A stretch of DNA of 64,000 bases from an uncultured archaeon (lineage in GTDB: Archaea; Thermoplasmatota; Thermoplasmata; Thermoplasmatales; Thermoplasmataceae), in assembly GCA_000965745.1 (NCBI GenBank), contig CP009479.1:256001-320000 (forward strand), in the 5' to 3' direction. The translations under genes were made by a program, and so were the position numbers. Positions 41,220 through 50,328 of the stretch are shown here, one piece after another. Numbering within the stretch: the stretch's first letter is position 1; the number at the start of each line of letters is the position of its first letter. A model generated the notes under the pieces. That model saw only the letters and a program-made list of their open reading frames with translations. It ran no database searches and had not been told where the DNA came from.

Positions 41220-42271
41220 TGGTTACAGAAGAGCATGAAATCCTGAGGTCAACCGTAAGGGAATATGTGCAGAAAACACTCGAACCTGGTGCGCTGGATA
41301 TAGAGAGGGATGGACTTGGCGAAGAGATCAGGAAATCAGTGTCTGCCCAGGGGTTCCTCGGGGCCAGGATCAGCAGCGACCTGGGAGGCTCTGATCTCGA
41401 TGAGGCAGGATACCTGATACTCCTGGATGAGATAGCGAGGGCGTCGCCTTCGGTGAGCGTCGACATAATGCTCCTGAACTCTTTCTTCTATCCGCTCGCC
41501 TCCGGTTCCGATGAAGGCAGGGATGCAGTGAAGAGGGTCCTGTCTGAAGGAAAAGGGGCAACGGTGGTTCTCAACACCATCCTGGAGGGATACAGGAATG
41601 AGGGTGAACTCATGGACGGTTCCTCAAAGATTACTGGAGTAAGGGACAACGTGCTGAACAGGAATGCCGCAATGTCAATCCTGGATGCCGGGAACGGATC
41701 GCTTGTGCTGGTCGATGATGCTTCCGTTTTCTCAAAAAAGGATTATTCCCTTGGATTCAGGGGACTTGGAATGGCGAAGATGGAGATGAGGGGCACAGAG
41801 TTCAGGACTGTCGCCGGGAAGGGGGCAGAGCATGCCCTCGACAGGGCCATGAATGAGTCTGACCCTGCAGTATCAGCGATCGCACTGGGAATCATTTCGG
41901 GATGCCTTCAGAAAGGGATAGACTACTCGAAGGTAAGGAAGACTTTCGGGCAGCCCCTGAGTGCGTACCAGCCGGTCGCATTCACCCTGTCCTCCCTGAA
42001 GGCCGAGGAAGAATTGCTCAGAAGGACATTGTATTCCGGGGACCTGGGGGAGAAGGAGAAGCTGATGCTGAAGATCAGTTCACTCGACCTGGCAAAGAGG
42101 GCTTCGAAGTATGCCCTGCAGGTGCACGGAGGCTACGGGTATTTCGAGGATTTCGGTGTGGAGAAGTTCTACAGGGACAGCACTGCCCTCGCGACTCTGT
42201 TCGGCAGATCGGTTAGGGACATGGAAAGGCTCTCGCACCATATCTACGGAGAAAAAGCAGGGTTCCTGTAA
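41219..42271 (+). CDS. Acyl-CoA dehydrogenase-like, non-catalytic subunit
   Basis: RKTFGQPL and QVHGGYG kept; TEP..GSD and EGT absent; TAATG overlap with the upstream gene. Confidence 0.85.
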   Translation: MVTEEHEILRSTVREYVQKTLEPGALDIERDGLGEEIRKSVSAQGFLGARISSDLGGSDLDEAGYLILLDEIARASPSVSVDIMLLNSFFYPLASGSDEGRDAVKRVLSEGKGATVVLNTILEGYRNEGELMDGSSKITGVRDNVLNRNAAMSILDAGNGSLVLVDDASVFSKKDYSLGFRGLGMAKMEMRGTEFRTVAGKGAEHALDRAMNESDPAVSAIALGIISGCLQKGIDYSKVRKTFGQPLSAYQPVAFTLSSLKAEEELLRRTLYSGDLGEKEKLMLKISSLDLAKRASKYALQVHGGYGYFEDFGVEKFYRDSTALATLFGRSVRDMERLSHHIYGEKAGFL

Positions 42272-42282
42272 AAATAAATTTT

Positions 42283-42744
42283 TTATGAGGTTTCGGATGC
42301 TTCCACGGCTTCCGGGACCTCTTCGTATTCTTCTTCATATCTTCTAGGGCTCAAAATAGATCCGCCTATGAACCCTCCAATCGCCGGCACCACTATTGCA
42401 CTTACTGCAAGTGCCTTGATGAGCACGACCGGCTGCATTGCCATTGCAGCCTGGAGTTTTCCCATTACATCGGTTACGAGCTGGTTTGATCCAATAAATG
42501 CGGTGTAGGTGGTCAGAACAGACGGGGATACAAGGATGCTCAGAGCTATTACTATACCCGACACTACTGCCCCGGACACGATAGCCGAAACCGTTCCCCT
42601 GAGGGAGCCTCTTGCCACCAGGCCTGCAACAAGCCCGGCGACAATCCAGCCATAGACGGGGAGCCAGCCAAGAACTATGAAAGTGAGTATTCCTGCCGCT
42701 ATTGAGGCTCCTGCACTCCCATATTCAAGATCTGATGATGGCAT
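42283..42744 (-). CDS. Gly-rich membrane protein
   Basis: Four hydrophobic segments, acidic tail. Confidence 0.75.
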   Translation of the reverse strand: MPSSDLEYGSAGASIAAGILTFIVLGWLPVYGWIVAGLVAGLVARGSLRGTVSAIVSGAVVSGIVIALSILVSPSVLTTYTAFIGSNQLVTDVMGKLQAAMAMQPVVLIKALAVSAIVVPAIGGFIGGSILSPRRYEEEYEEVPEAVEASETS

Positions 42745-42956
42745 GTGAATCCGTGGCAATTACTATGTAAATGTATATATTATTTTGCATGTTATGCATA
42801 ATTTTCAGTAAAGTACAAAGTTCAATACGAAAATAAATTGCACAAATTGCCGTTTCCGGAAGAAGTATAATCTGTTTCTTTGCGCAATGTTGCGGATTTC
42901 TTCCCCCGATTGCGCCTTCCCGTAAAGTTCCGCAGGTGCCTGAAGAAAAAGGATGG

Positions 42957-44147
42957 CTACCTGAACTGCTTACCGTCGTGGAAGACATGGGCAATGTGCC
43001 CGGGTGACGCGTCCTCTATATTCCTGTCGGGTTTGCCCTTGATCACCAGAATGTCGGCAACTTTACCCTTCCTGAGCCGCCCTGTTTCCGGCAGACCGAG
43101 GCAGTCCGCGGCAACAGATGTTCCAGATTTCAGCGCCTCCAGGCTCCCCAGGTGTTCTGCAAGAAGCTTCATCTCCGTATAGTTCATGCCATGCGGGCTT
43201 TCCCCTGCACCCACAAAATCTGTTCCCGCAGCTATCTTCAATTTGTGCTCCCTTGCTATCTCCATCTCCTCGCCGAGGTGCCTCGCTATCACCTCTGACC
43301 TCCTTGTGCCTTCAGCAGGCTTGTGTATGGAGTATACGCTCAGGGTGGGAACGTAGTAGATCCCCTTGGACCTGATCAGCTTCGCAGTTTCGCCGGTGAG
43401 CTCCAGGCCATGCTCTATGGAGTCTATGCCTGCTTCAACCACGTTCCTGATGGCCTGCTCACCGTATGCATGGGCCGTTGCCTTCACGTGTGACCGATGG
43501 GCTTCATCAGCAATGGCAGTGAGCTCTTCCACCGTAAGGTGGGGTTTCCACTGCCCATCGTGGCTCATTGTCCCGGAAGCGTAGACCTTGATAGCTTCCG
43601 CCCCGTCCCTCATGCAGAGCCTTACTGCCTTACGGCATTCCCATGGTGAATCGCAGTAATACGAGTATGATAGTTCGTGTGCCATGTGAATGGGCAGAAT
43701 CTTGTAGTCATCGTTTCCGCCCGTCTGGGCCAGGGATTTTGCTGCGGAGATCACCCTCGGGCCCTTTATCTCTCCGGCCCTCTCAGCCTTGCTTATGTGC
43801 GTTCCAACCTTGCTTCCGAGGTCACGCACAGCTGTGAAGCCTGATGAGAGGAGGTTCCACATGTCTGTTACGCTCCTGATGGCCACGGTCGCATCGGGAG
43901 TAACATTCCATTCCGCGAGATCGAGCGTCTTTGACCCGAAAAAGTGCATGTGCACATCGATGAACCCAGGCGTTATGGTGCTTCCTTCGACCTCTACCAC
44001 CCTGGCGTTGCGCGGCTCTTCGATGCTGCCCCTCTCTCCGGCACCTGTGATGAGGCCTGACTCTACATCGAACGCCAGAACGCCTTTTTCAATGATTTCC
44101 TCGCCATCGAACAACCTTCCCCTGATAACAACTGCCTCTCCCGCCAT
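42957..44147 (-). CDS. Metal-dependent amidohydrolase (Xaa-Pro dipeptidase-like subgroup)
   Basis: PGFIDVHMH, IKVYASG, AHAYG, SIEHG, AGTD. Confidence 0.92.
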   Translation of the reverse strand: MAGEAVVIRGRLFDGEEIIEKGVLAFDVESGLITGAGERGSIEEPRNARVVEVEGSTITPGFIDVHMHFFGSKTLDLAEWNVTPDATVAIRSVTDMWNLLSSGFTAVRDLGSKVGTHISKAERAGEIKGPRVISAAKSLAQTGGNDDYKILPIHMAHELSYSYYCDSPWECRKAVRLCMRDGAEAIKVYASGTMSHDGQWKPHLTVEELTAIADEAHRSHVKATAHAYGEQAIRNVVEAGIDSIEHGLELTGETAKLIRSKGIYYVPTLSVYSIHKPAEGTRRSEVIARHLGEEMEIAREHKLKIAAGTDFVGAGESPHGMNYTEMKLLAEHLGSLEALKSGTSVAADCLGLPETGRLRKGKVADILVIKGKPDRNIEDASPGHIAHVFHDGKQFR

Positions 44148-44287
44148 GGTGATTCAACTGCACGAACATAGATAAATTATTGGTGGCTTTGGAGGGATAT
44201 ACGCATTTCCGGCAGTCTCAGCCTGCCTTAAGGGGAATCCGGGAAGAAATAACAAAGTTAAATAAATTCAAGTTTCTAGTAATCTGC

Positions 44288-45469
44288 TTGCTCTCTACTG
44301 TTCTCTATCAATTTCTTGTCATTCTTGCATCTGCTGTCATCATGGGGGAGTTTTTCCGCCAGATAGGTTTTTCATCCGTTGCCGGCGAGCTTATCAGCGG
44401 AATCATAGTAGGGCCTTCCGCACTGGGGCTCGTGAACAACCCCCAGGAACTGAGCCCGCTAGCCTTCGTCGCCCTTTTCTTCATCATCTACCAGCTTGGA
44501 TTCAACGCAAAGACAGAGAAGCTGAAGAGATACGTTGTCAAGGGGATGACAGTAACGGTAAGCGCTTTTGCTGCCCCCTTCGTGATTGTCCTGATTATCT
44601 CGCGGAGCATATTCGGATTCGGGGCAGTGGAGGACTTCGTGCTTGCCCTGGCTGTTTCCGTTCCTTCCATATCAGTAGTCTCGGTCCTTGTAAGGGACGC
44701 AGGCATAGAGGACAGGGAGAGCGGCCACGTAATACTGGCGGGAATCGTCATCGTTGACGTGCTGGCGTTCATACTTCTCGCAGCGCTCACCAGGACGATC
44801 ACGGATACACTCAGGATAGTCCTGTTCACGGCCATCTTCATCGCCGCCTTCCTCATCCTCGATTATTTCATTTCACGGAATCTCGCTGGCACAAGAAAGC
44901 TCTTCAGGGGAGCTGCAAGGGTGATAAAAGGCGAGGAGCTGGCCTATGCGACGCTGATCCTCACCGGGCTTGTGGTGTCAGAGCTGTTCCAGATAATGGG
45001 GCTGGTATATGTTCTAGGCGCTTTCTTCGCAGCCCTGATCGTTCACGATGAGGTCATTGGTGTGCGTCTCTTTGAGAAGGTTTCAAAAACTGTCAACAGC
45101 ATGAACAAGGCGTTCTTTGCCCCCTTCTTCTTCGGCTATGCCGGCTCCGAAGTGATACTCTGGGAAAACAGTTACTTCAACATTTTCAGCATAATTCTTC
45201 TTTCCCTGTTCGTAGTGGGAATATCCATCGTGTTCACCTATTTCCTCTCCGGAAGGTACTTCGGAGACGACCCGAACGGAAGGCGCAGCGTTTCAGTCAT
45301 AATGGCGGGAAAAGGCTCTGTCGGGATAATAATTGCAAATGTCGCCCTTGACGCGGGAATAATATCCTATGGAGCAAACTCGCTAATCATACTCTCCACC
45401 ATAGTGGGGTCGCTTGCAGTGACTCTTCTCCTGAGAGGGCACAGGGAAGAGGCTGCAATGATCGGGTAG
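44288..45469 (+). CDS. CPA2 cation:proton antiporter
   Basis: GELISGIIVGPSALG, LGAFFAA, FFAPFFF; start uncertain (TTG). Confidence 0.85.
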   Translation: MLSTVLYQFLVILASAVIMGEFFRQIGFSSVAGELISGIIVGPSALGLVNNPQELSPLAFVALFFIIYQLGFNAKTEKLKRYVVKGMTVTVSAFAAPFVIVLIISRSIFGFGAVEDFVLALAVSVPSISVVSVLVRDAGIEDRESGHVILAGIVIVDVLAFILLAALTRTITDTLRIVLFTAIFIAAFLILDYFISRNLAGTRKLFRGAARVIKGEELAYATLILTGLVVSELFQIMGLVYVLGAFFAALIVHDEVIGVRLFEKVSKTVNSMNKAFFAPFFFGYAGSEVILWENSYFNIFSIILLSLFVVGISIVFTYFLSGRYFGDDPNGRRSVSVIMAGKGSVGIIIANVALDAGIISYGANSLIILSTIVGSLAVTLLLRGHREEAAMIG

Positions 45470-45470
45470 G

Positions 45471-46427
45471 TCAGGTCTCAGCCTCCGAGCCAAGGCCAAG
45501 TTTCTGGGCTTTCCTGACGTTAACGAAGTATGAAAGTATTCCGATTATTGCCACGGACCCAATGACAAGGAAGAATCCGAGGCCCAGTTCATGCAGGTTC
45601 GGGATGCCGAGCGGAGTCACTATCGAGTAATTGTTGATCTGCGGGTATGCAAGCACCAGTGCACCGCCGGAGACGAATGCAAGGCCGCCGTATGAGAGAA
45701 CGGAAGAACTCATGCCCCTGGCAACGAATTCTATGCCCTGCCTGCTGAGGCCCTTCACGGATGAAAGCCACCTTCCGAAGCCGGATCCGAGTATGATCTG
45801 CATGGTCATGGTCCCGAGGCCGAACAGGGCACCGGGGAGGAAGGCAACGTAGGGCGATGGCATGCTCGGGGCAATGAAGACGTAGATAAATATGGAGAAG
45901 ACTCCCATGCCGAATCCCGCTATGAGCCCATGGACAAAGGCAAGCCTGTTCGGGACCTTCCTGTAGTAGGGCGATGCATCCGTTGACTCAAGAGGGTTGA
46001 TCCTGTGCTCGAATTCCAGCTTCTGGTCCGGGCTTCCCTTTCTGTGGACTCCGAAGAGGTAGCCAAGCTTTTCCTCTATGAAGTGGAAATGCGGGTACTT
46101 GAGCTTTTTCATGATGTAAAGGCCAGACACGGTCATGACCGAACCGACTATGATGTAGACTATACCGAGGCTCTCGTTCGTGAAGAGGAAACTCGCCAGT
46201 GCAAAAAACGCCAGTTCCGAAACGAATGCGCTCTGGAGCGTGAACCCTGATGAGAAGATGAAGCCTGCCTTCGCACCCTTCCTGGAGCTGTAGTTGCCTA
46301 TGGCATAGGAAAAAGTTATTGGCCAGGTGTGCTCATCCGGGGTTATTCCATGGACTATCCCTATAACGTATGCAGCGAGCAGGGAGAGCAGAAAGCCTGA
46401 TACTTCCAGGCCGAGAAAATCTATCAT
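45471..46427 (-). CDS. His-motif transition-metal transporter (NiCoT/RcnA/UreH-like)
   Basis: GIVHGITPDEHTW, His-containing loop, FVHGLIAGFG; 2 nt downstream of the DtxR gene. Confidence 0.72.
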   Translation of the reverse strand: MIDFLGLEVSGFLLSLLAAYVIGIVHGITPDEHTWPITFSYAIGNYSSRKGAKAGFIFSSGFTLQSAFVSELAFFALASFLFTNESLGIVYIIVGSVMTVSGLYIMKKLKYPHFHFIEEKLGYLFGVHRKGSPDQKLEFEHRINPLESTDASPYYRKVPNRLAFVHGLIAGFGMGVFSIFIYVFIAPSMPSPYVAFLPGALFGLGTMTMQIILGSGFGRWLSSVKGLSRQGIEFVARGMSSSVLSYGGLAFVSGGALVLAYPQINNYSIVTPLGIPNLHELGLGFFLVIGSVAIIGILSYFVNVRKAQKLGLGSEAET

Positions 46428-46429
46428 TT

Positions 46430-46852
46430 CTATTGCCTCTCCTCAAGCTCTATGGCTTCACCGTGCGGGCACATCTTTGGGCTTCCAATGGATTTTGACA
46501 CCTTGCTTGCCGATGACACAGGTATAAGGTAATCGAACTTCTCTACCTCCTCGCACGCATTGTCAGTTGGAACCCCTGATGTTACGAAAAGGGTCTCCAT
46601 TACCCTGTGGATGAAAAGCAGCGAGGATACGGTGGCTTCCCCTTCCTTCGTGAGGAGAACCATTCCCTTCTTTCTCTCCACCATTGATTTTTCCTCGAGC
46701 CTTTCAATAATATTGAGGGCGGTCGGAGCTTTTATCCCCATATCCCTTGATATTTCCGACAGCCTCGCGGGAAATTCCCCATCCTGAAGCCTGGAAAGGA
46801 CCAGAAGGCAGTCTCTTTCCTTCTTTGTGACTTCATTAGTATTAATGGTCAT
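46430..46852 (-). CDS. DtxR/MntR metal-dependent repressor
   Basis: HTH, HRVMETLF, CEEVEKFDY, CPHG. Confidence 0.9.
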   Translation of the reverse strand: MTINTNEVTKKERDCLLVLSRLQDGEFPARLSEISRDMGIKAPTALNIIERLEEKSMVERKKGMVLLTKEGEATVSSLLFIHRVMETLFVTSGVPTDNACEEVEKFDYLIPVSSASKVSKSIGSPKMCPHGEAIELEERQ

Positions 46853-46875
46853 ACGTTAGTATGGTACTAACATAT
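46851..46875. promoter_or_regulatory. Palindromic operator for the DtxR-family regulator
   Basis: ATAc-GTTAGTA-tgg-TACTAAC-aTAT: perfect 7-bp arms between the TATA box (TTAAATAT on the minus strand) and the start codon. Confidence 0.75.
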
Positions 46876-46907
46876 TTAAGTGTTGTTAATAAAATAAAGA
46901 AATGAAA

Positions 46908-48122
46908 TCACTCATCGGTCGCCGCGTCCCCTTTATCGTCCGGATTCCGGGTAATTTCCCTGAAATGCGTTGCAAGATAAAGGAAGATGAGCGACAGGGC
47001 CACAATAATGCTCAGTGTGACTGTTGTCCTGAGAAGGGATGCCTCGGTGAGAGTCAGGGTTACGAGGATTCCGCCCGAAACACCGCCAATGAACTGCCCG
47101 GAAAACTGCATTGTGTTGTATATGCCTATGTTTGCCCCGTAGCTGTCCCTCTTTGATATCCTCGATATCAGCGGATAGAAGACTATCTCGTATATGGAGA
47201 ATCCCGAGAAGAAGACTATGGCGCCGACGAAGAACCAGTTCCTGTTGCCTGTGTAGTGGGGGGCCAGGAAGACGAGTGGTACGCTTACGAGCATTACCGC
47301 CAGTGATATGACGGAGAACATGGTGGTCTTGCCACGGTCAGCGAACCCTGAGGACCCGACTGCAACGATTCCGCCGATGATTACAGGCCAGAGAAGGAGG
47401 AGATCATACCCATGGGTGCCGTAGGCGCTGGTGCCGTAAAGTGGAAGGTAGTAGAAGAATACAATCATGTAGAGGGAGATCAGGAAACCGACAGCCCCAA
47501 CAAGGATTGCCCTTCCCTGGATCCTTCCTGCGGACCTCCTCTCCTTCGCAGTCATCTCAGGTTTCCTGTATTTTACCCTCATCATCGGGAATATCCCGGC
47601 GATTCCGAGTATCCCGGACAGCAGGAAGAGGAATGAGGGGCCGAATATTCCCGACAGGTACGGGCCGAGCACAAGGCCGACCATGAAGGAGAACCCTATT
47701 GGGATTCCGAGAATTGCCATCGCGATGTTCCTCCTGTTCTGGGGGACGCTCTCCTGAACCATTGCCATCCCGGATGAAGTCACCGCTCCGGCACCTGCAA
47801 CGAGCCTTCCTATGATCAGCCCGTATATGTTGAACGGATGCCACGCAATGAGATTCCCTATGATGTAGGGTATCATCCCCAGAATGATCACATTCTTCCT
47901 GCCGAACCTGTCTGAAAGTATGCCGAAGGGTGCCTGGAAAAGTGCCATGGTAAGGCCATAGGCACCAAGCGCAATACCGATGAGAATAGAAGAGTCAGTG
48001 TATATTTTCCCATAGAGTGTGAAAACAGGAACAACAAGGAATATTCCAAACATCCTCAGAACTTCAATCACCGCTACTGCGGAAATCATCTGCTTCTGAT
48101 TTCTGTCAAATGCCCTCATCAT
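46908..48122 (-). CDS. MFS transporter (YajR-like)
   Basis: LRMFGIFLVVPV, QAPFGILSDRFGRK. Confidence 0.9.
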   Translation of the reverse strand: MMRAFDRNQKQMISAVAVIEVLRMFGIFLVVPVFTLYGKIYTDSSILIGIALGAYGLTMALFQAPFGILSDRFGRKNVIILGMIPYIIGNLIAWHPFNIYGLIIGRLVAGAGAVTSSGMAMVQESVPQNRRNIAMAILGIPIGFSFMVGLVLGPYLSGIFGPSFLFLLSGILGIAGIFPMMRVKYRKPEMTAKERRSAGRIQGRAILVGAVGFLISLYMIVFFYYLPLYGTSAYGTHGYDLLLLWPVIIGGIVAVGSSGFADRGKTTMFSVISLAVMLVSVPLVFLAPHYTGNRNWFFVGAIVFFSGFSIYEIVFYPLISRISKRDSYGANIGIYNTMQFSGQFIGGVSGGILVTLTLTEASLLRTTVTLSIIVALSLIFLYLATHFREITRNPDDKGDAATDE

Positions 48123-48279
48123 TGAGAACTACCACTCCGGAATGGCACATTTCTATTAAACGGTTAGTTTCAGGTTAATAAAATCGCAGAGTCCCCATGG
48201 TTCATTTCAGGGCGTTCAAAAGAGCAGTGCGAGAGAATGACAGACAAAACTATTTATATCGGAGAATACTGCACTGTTA

Positions 48280-48354
48280 GTGAGTCTGACAGCAAGTACC
48301 ACGGAACTCAACTTTTCAGTCGTCGGTATTTTGCAGATTATTATTGGACTCTAA
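48280..48354 (+). CDS. Putative ilv leader peptide (24 aa)
   Basis: GTG...TAA = MSLTASTTELNFSVVGILQIIIGL; starts about 21 nt after the TATA box TTTATAT (48253-48259). Confidence 0.65.
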   Translation: MSLTASTTELNFSVVGILQIIIGL

Positions 48355-48387
48355 GCACGCGGCCAAGTGTTGACGTGTGTTTCATTT
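48354..48387 (+). terminator. Putative attenuator hairpin with U-rich tail
   Basis: AGCACGCG (48354-61) pairs with CGTGTGTT (48374-81, two G-U), inner CAA/TTG, then TCATTT and the RBS GAGGTG. Confidence 0.5.
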
Positions 48388-48398
48388 GAGGTGGTTTT

Positions 48399-50111
48399 TT
48401 GAGAGGTGCCAGACTTCTTCTAGATTCTTTGGCCCGGCGTGGGGTTGACACAGTATTCGGGATACCCGGGGGTGCGAGCCTTTCCATATATGAGGAGATG
48501 TCCTCAATGGATCTGCGGCACATCCTCGGAAGGCACGAGGGCAGCACGGTGTTCATGGCAGACGGTTTTTCCAGGGTCTCCCGGAAACCGGGCGTATTCC
48601 TCGGTACATCGGGCCCTGGAGCAACCAATGCAGTCACCGGTGTAGCTACAGCCTACACCGATTCTTCCCCGGTGATATGCATAACTGGGCAGGTAGCAAC
48701 GCAGTCCATGGGCAGGGATGCATTCCAGGAGGCGGATAGCTTCAACCTCATGGTTCCGGTGACAAAGTGGAACTTCAAGCTGAAGCATGGGGCGGAAATA
48801 CCCCGGGTGATAAACAGGGCATTCAGGATTGCGACCAGCGGCAGGTTCGGCCCGGTGGCGATAGACGTTCCATCGGATGTTGTGAGCAAAGAGGTGGACG
48901 AAGCCTCGATACAATGGGCTGATGAGCCCTCATTGGCAAACAGCTCTGACCTGTCGGAACTGGCGAATGCTGTCAGCATGATAAGAAACGCTGCAAAGCC
49001 TGCAATAATCGCAGGGGGCGGCGTAAGGTGGTCCGATTCCGGAGACGTTGTAATAAGGCTCGCCGAAAAAATAGGCGCTCCGGTTGTGACCACTGTCATG
49101 GGCAAGGGTGGAATACCTGAGGACCACCCACTGGCGCTGGGGACAACGGGAATGCATGGGAGGAGATCGTCCCACTGGGTGCTCAACGAGGCGGACCTTG
49201 TAATCGCGGTCGGAACCAGGTTCAGCGACAGGACGACAGGAAAAACGAGCGGGTTCCTGCCAAACGCGAAGGTCATCCACATAGACATAGACAGGGCGGA
49301 GATAGGGAAGAACATAACCGGCGTAGTGGGCCTCGCTGGAAATTCTGCAGATGTGCTTAACGCGATCATGAGCGGCCTTGATTATCAGGCGGAGTCCAGG
49401 AGCGAGTGGGTGAAGAAGGTAAGTGAGGTGAGGACGTTCTGCCAGTGCGATTTTGACCTCCCCGGGAATCCCATAAAGCCCCAGAAGCTGATGAGTTCAC
49501 TGTCTAGGCTTCTGCCTGATGACGCCATCCTTACAACGGACGTTGGGCAGCACCAGATGTTTGCCTCGCATTTCTTCGAGACAAGGGGCAGGAGGCAGTT
49601 CATAACATCAGGCGGCCTCGGCACAATGGGCTTCGGGTTCCCTGCTGCAGTGGGGGCAAAGATAGCCGCTCCAGAAAGGAAAGTGGTGAGCATTGTCGGT
49701 GACGGGGGATTCCAGATGAGCTATTCTGAATTCATAACGGCAGTCGAGAACGAAGTGCCTGTGTTCACCGTGATAATGAACAACCAGAGCCTCGGGATGG
49801 TGAGGCAGTTCCAGAAACAGTTCTACGGGAACAGGGTATACGCCGCTGATTACCGGAGAAGCCCCGACTTCGCGAAATTCGCTGAGGCCATGGGCGGAGA
49901 GGGTGTAACAGTGGAAAAGGCAAGCGAGATAAACGAGGCCATCGCGAGGGGGCTGAAGAGCGATGTCCCCTTCATCGCGGATGTCAGGGTGGACATAAAC
50001 GAGGACATACTGCCTATGACACCGCCGTGGATGGGGCAGGAAGGCACGATTTACGGAAGATGCAAATGGAGGGACGTGAAGGTTGAGGAGCCTCAGAATA
50101 TTGGCAACTGA
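48399..50111 (+). CDS. ilvB: Acetolactate synthase large subunit
   Basis: FGIPGGA, RHE, TSGPGATN, RFSDR, GTMGFG, GDGGFQM...NN..LGMVRQ; TTG start. Confidence 0.95.
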   Translation: MRGARLLLDSLARRGVDTVFGIPGGASLSIYEEMSSMDLRHILGRHEGSTVFMADGFSRVSRKPGVFLGTSGPGATNAVTGVATAYTDSSPVICITGQVATQSMGRDAFQEADSFNLMVPVTKWNFKLKHGAEIPRVINRAFRIATSGRFGPVAIDVPSDVVSKEVDEASIQWADEPSLANSSDLSELANAVSMIRNAAKPAIIAGGGVRWSDSGDVVIRLAEKIGAPVVTTVMGKGGIPEDHPLALGTTGMHGRRSSHWVLNEADLVIAVGTRFSDRTTGKTSGFLPNAKVIHIDIDRAEIGKNITGVVGLAGNSADVLNAIMSGLDYQAESRSEWVKKVSEVRTFCQCDFDLPGNPIKPQKLMSSLSRLLPDDAILTTDVGQHQMFASHFFETRGRRQFITSGGLGTMGFGFPAAVGAKIAAPERKVVSIVGDGGFQMSYSEFITAVENEVPVFTVIMNNQSLGMVRQFQKQFYGNRVYAADYRRSPDFAKFAEAMGGEGVTVEKASEINEAIARGLKSDVPFIADVRVDINEDILPMTPPWMGQEGTIYGRCKWRDVKVEEPQNIGN

Positions 50112-50328
50112 TGAAGAGGGTACGCTGCAGAGAACAATATTTGAGTTCAGCAGGAGGAACATACCCATAGGGAGGCTGATGTACAGCCATGAGAAAGATT
50201 CGGTCACCATGCACATAGGCGTGGAGAGGGATGAGGACGTCAACAGGGTGCTGAAGCACCTGAACAGGATATACGGCGTGAGAGACGTAAGTATACTCGA
50301 GAATGAGGAAGTGAGAGAAAAATGGTAA
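50083..50328 (+). CDS. ilvN: Acetolactate synthase small subunit (ACT domain only)
   Basis: GTLQR...FSRRNIPI...[10 protein letters not shown]; lies between ilvB and ilvC. Confidence 0.8.
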   Translation: MRSLRILATDEEGTLQRTIFEFSRRNIPIGRLMYSHEKDSVTMHIGVERDEDVNRVLKHLNRIYGVRDVSILENEEVREKW

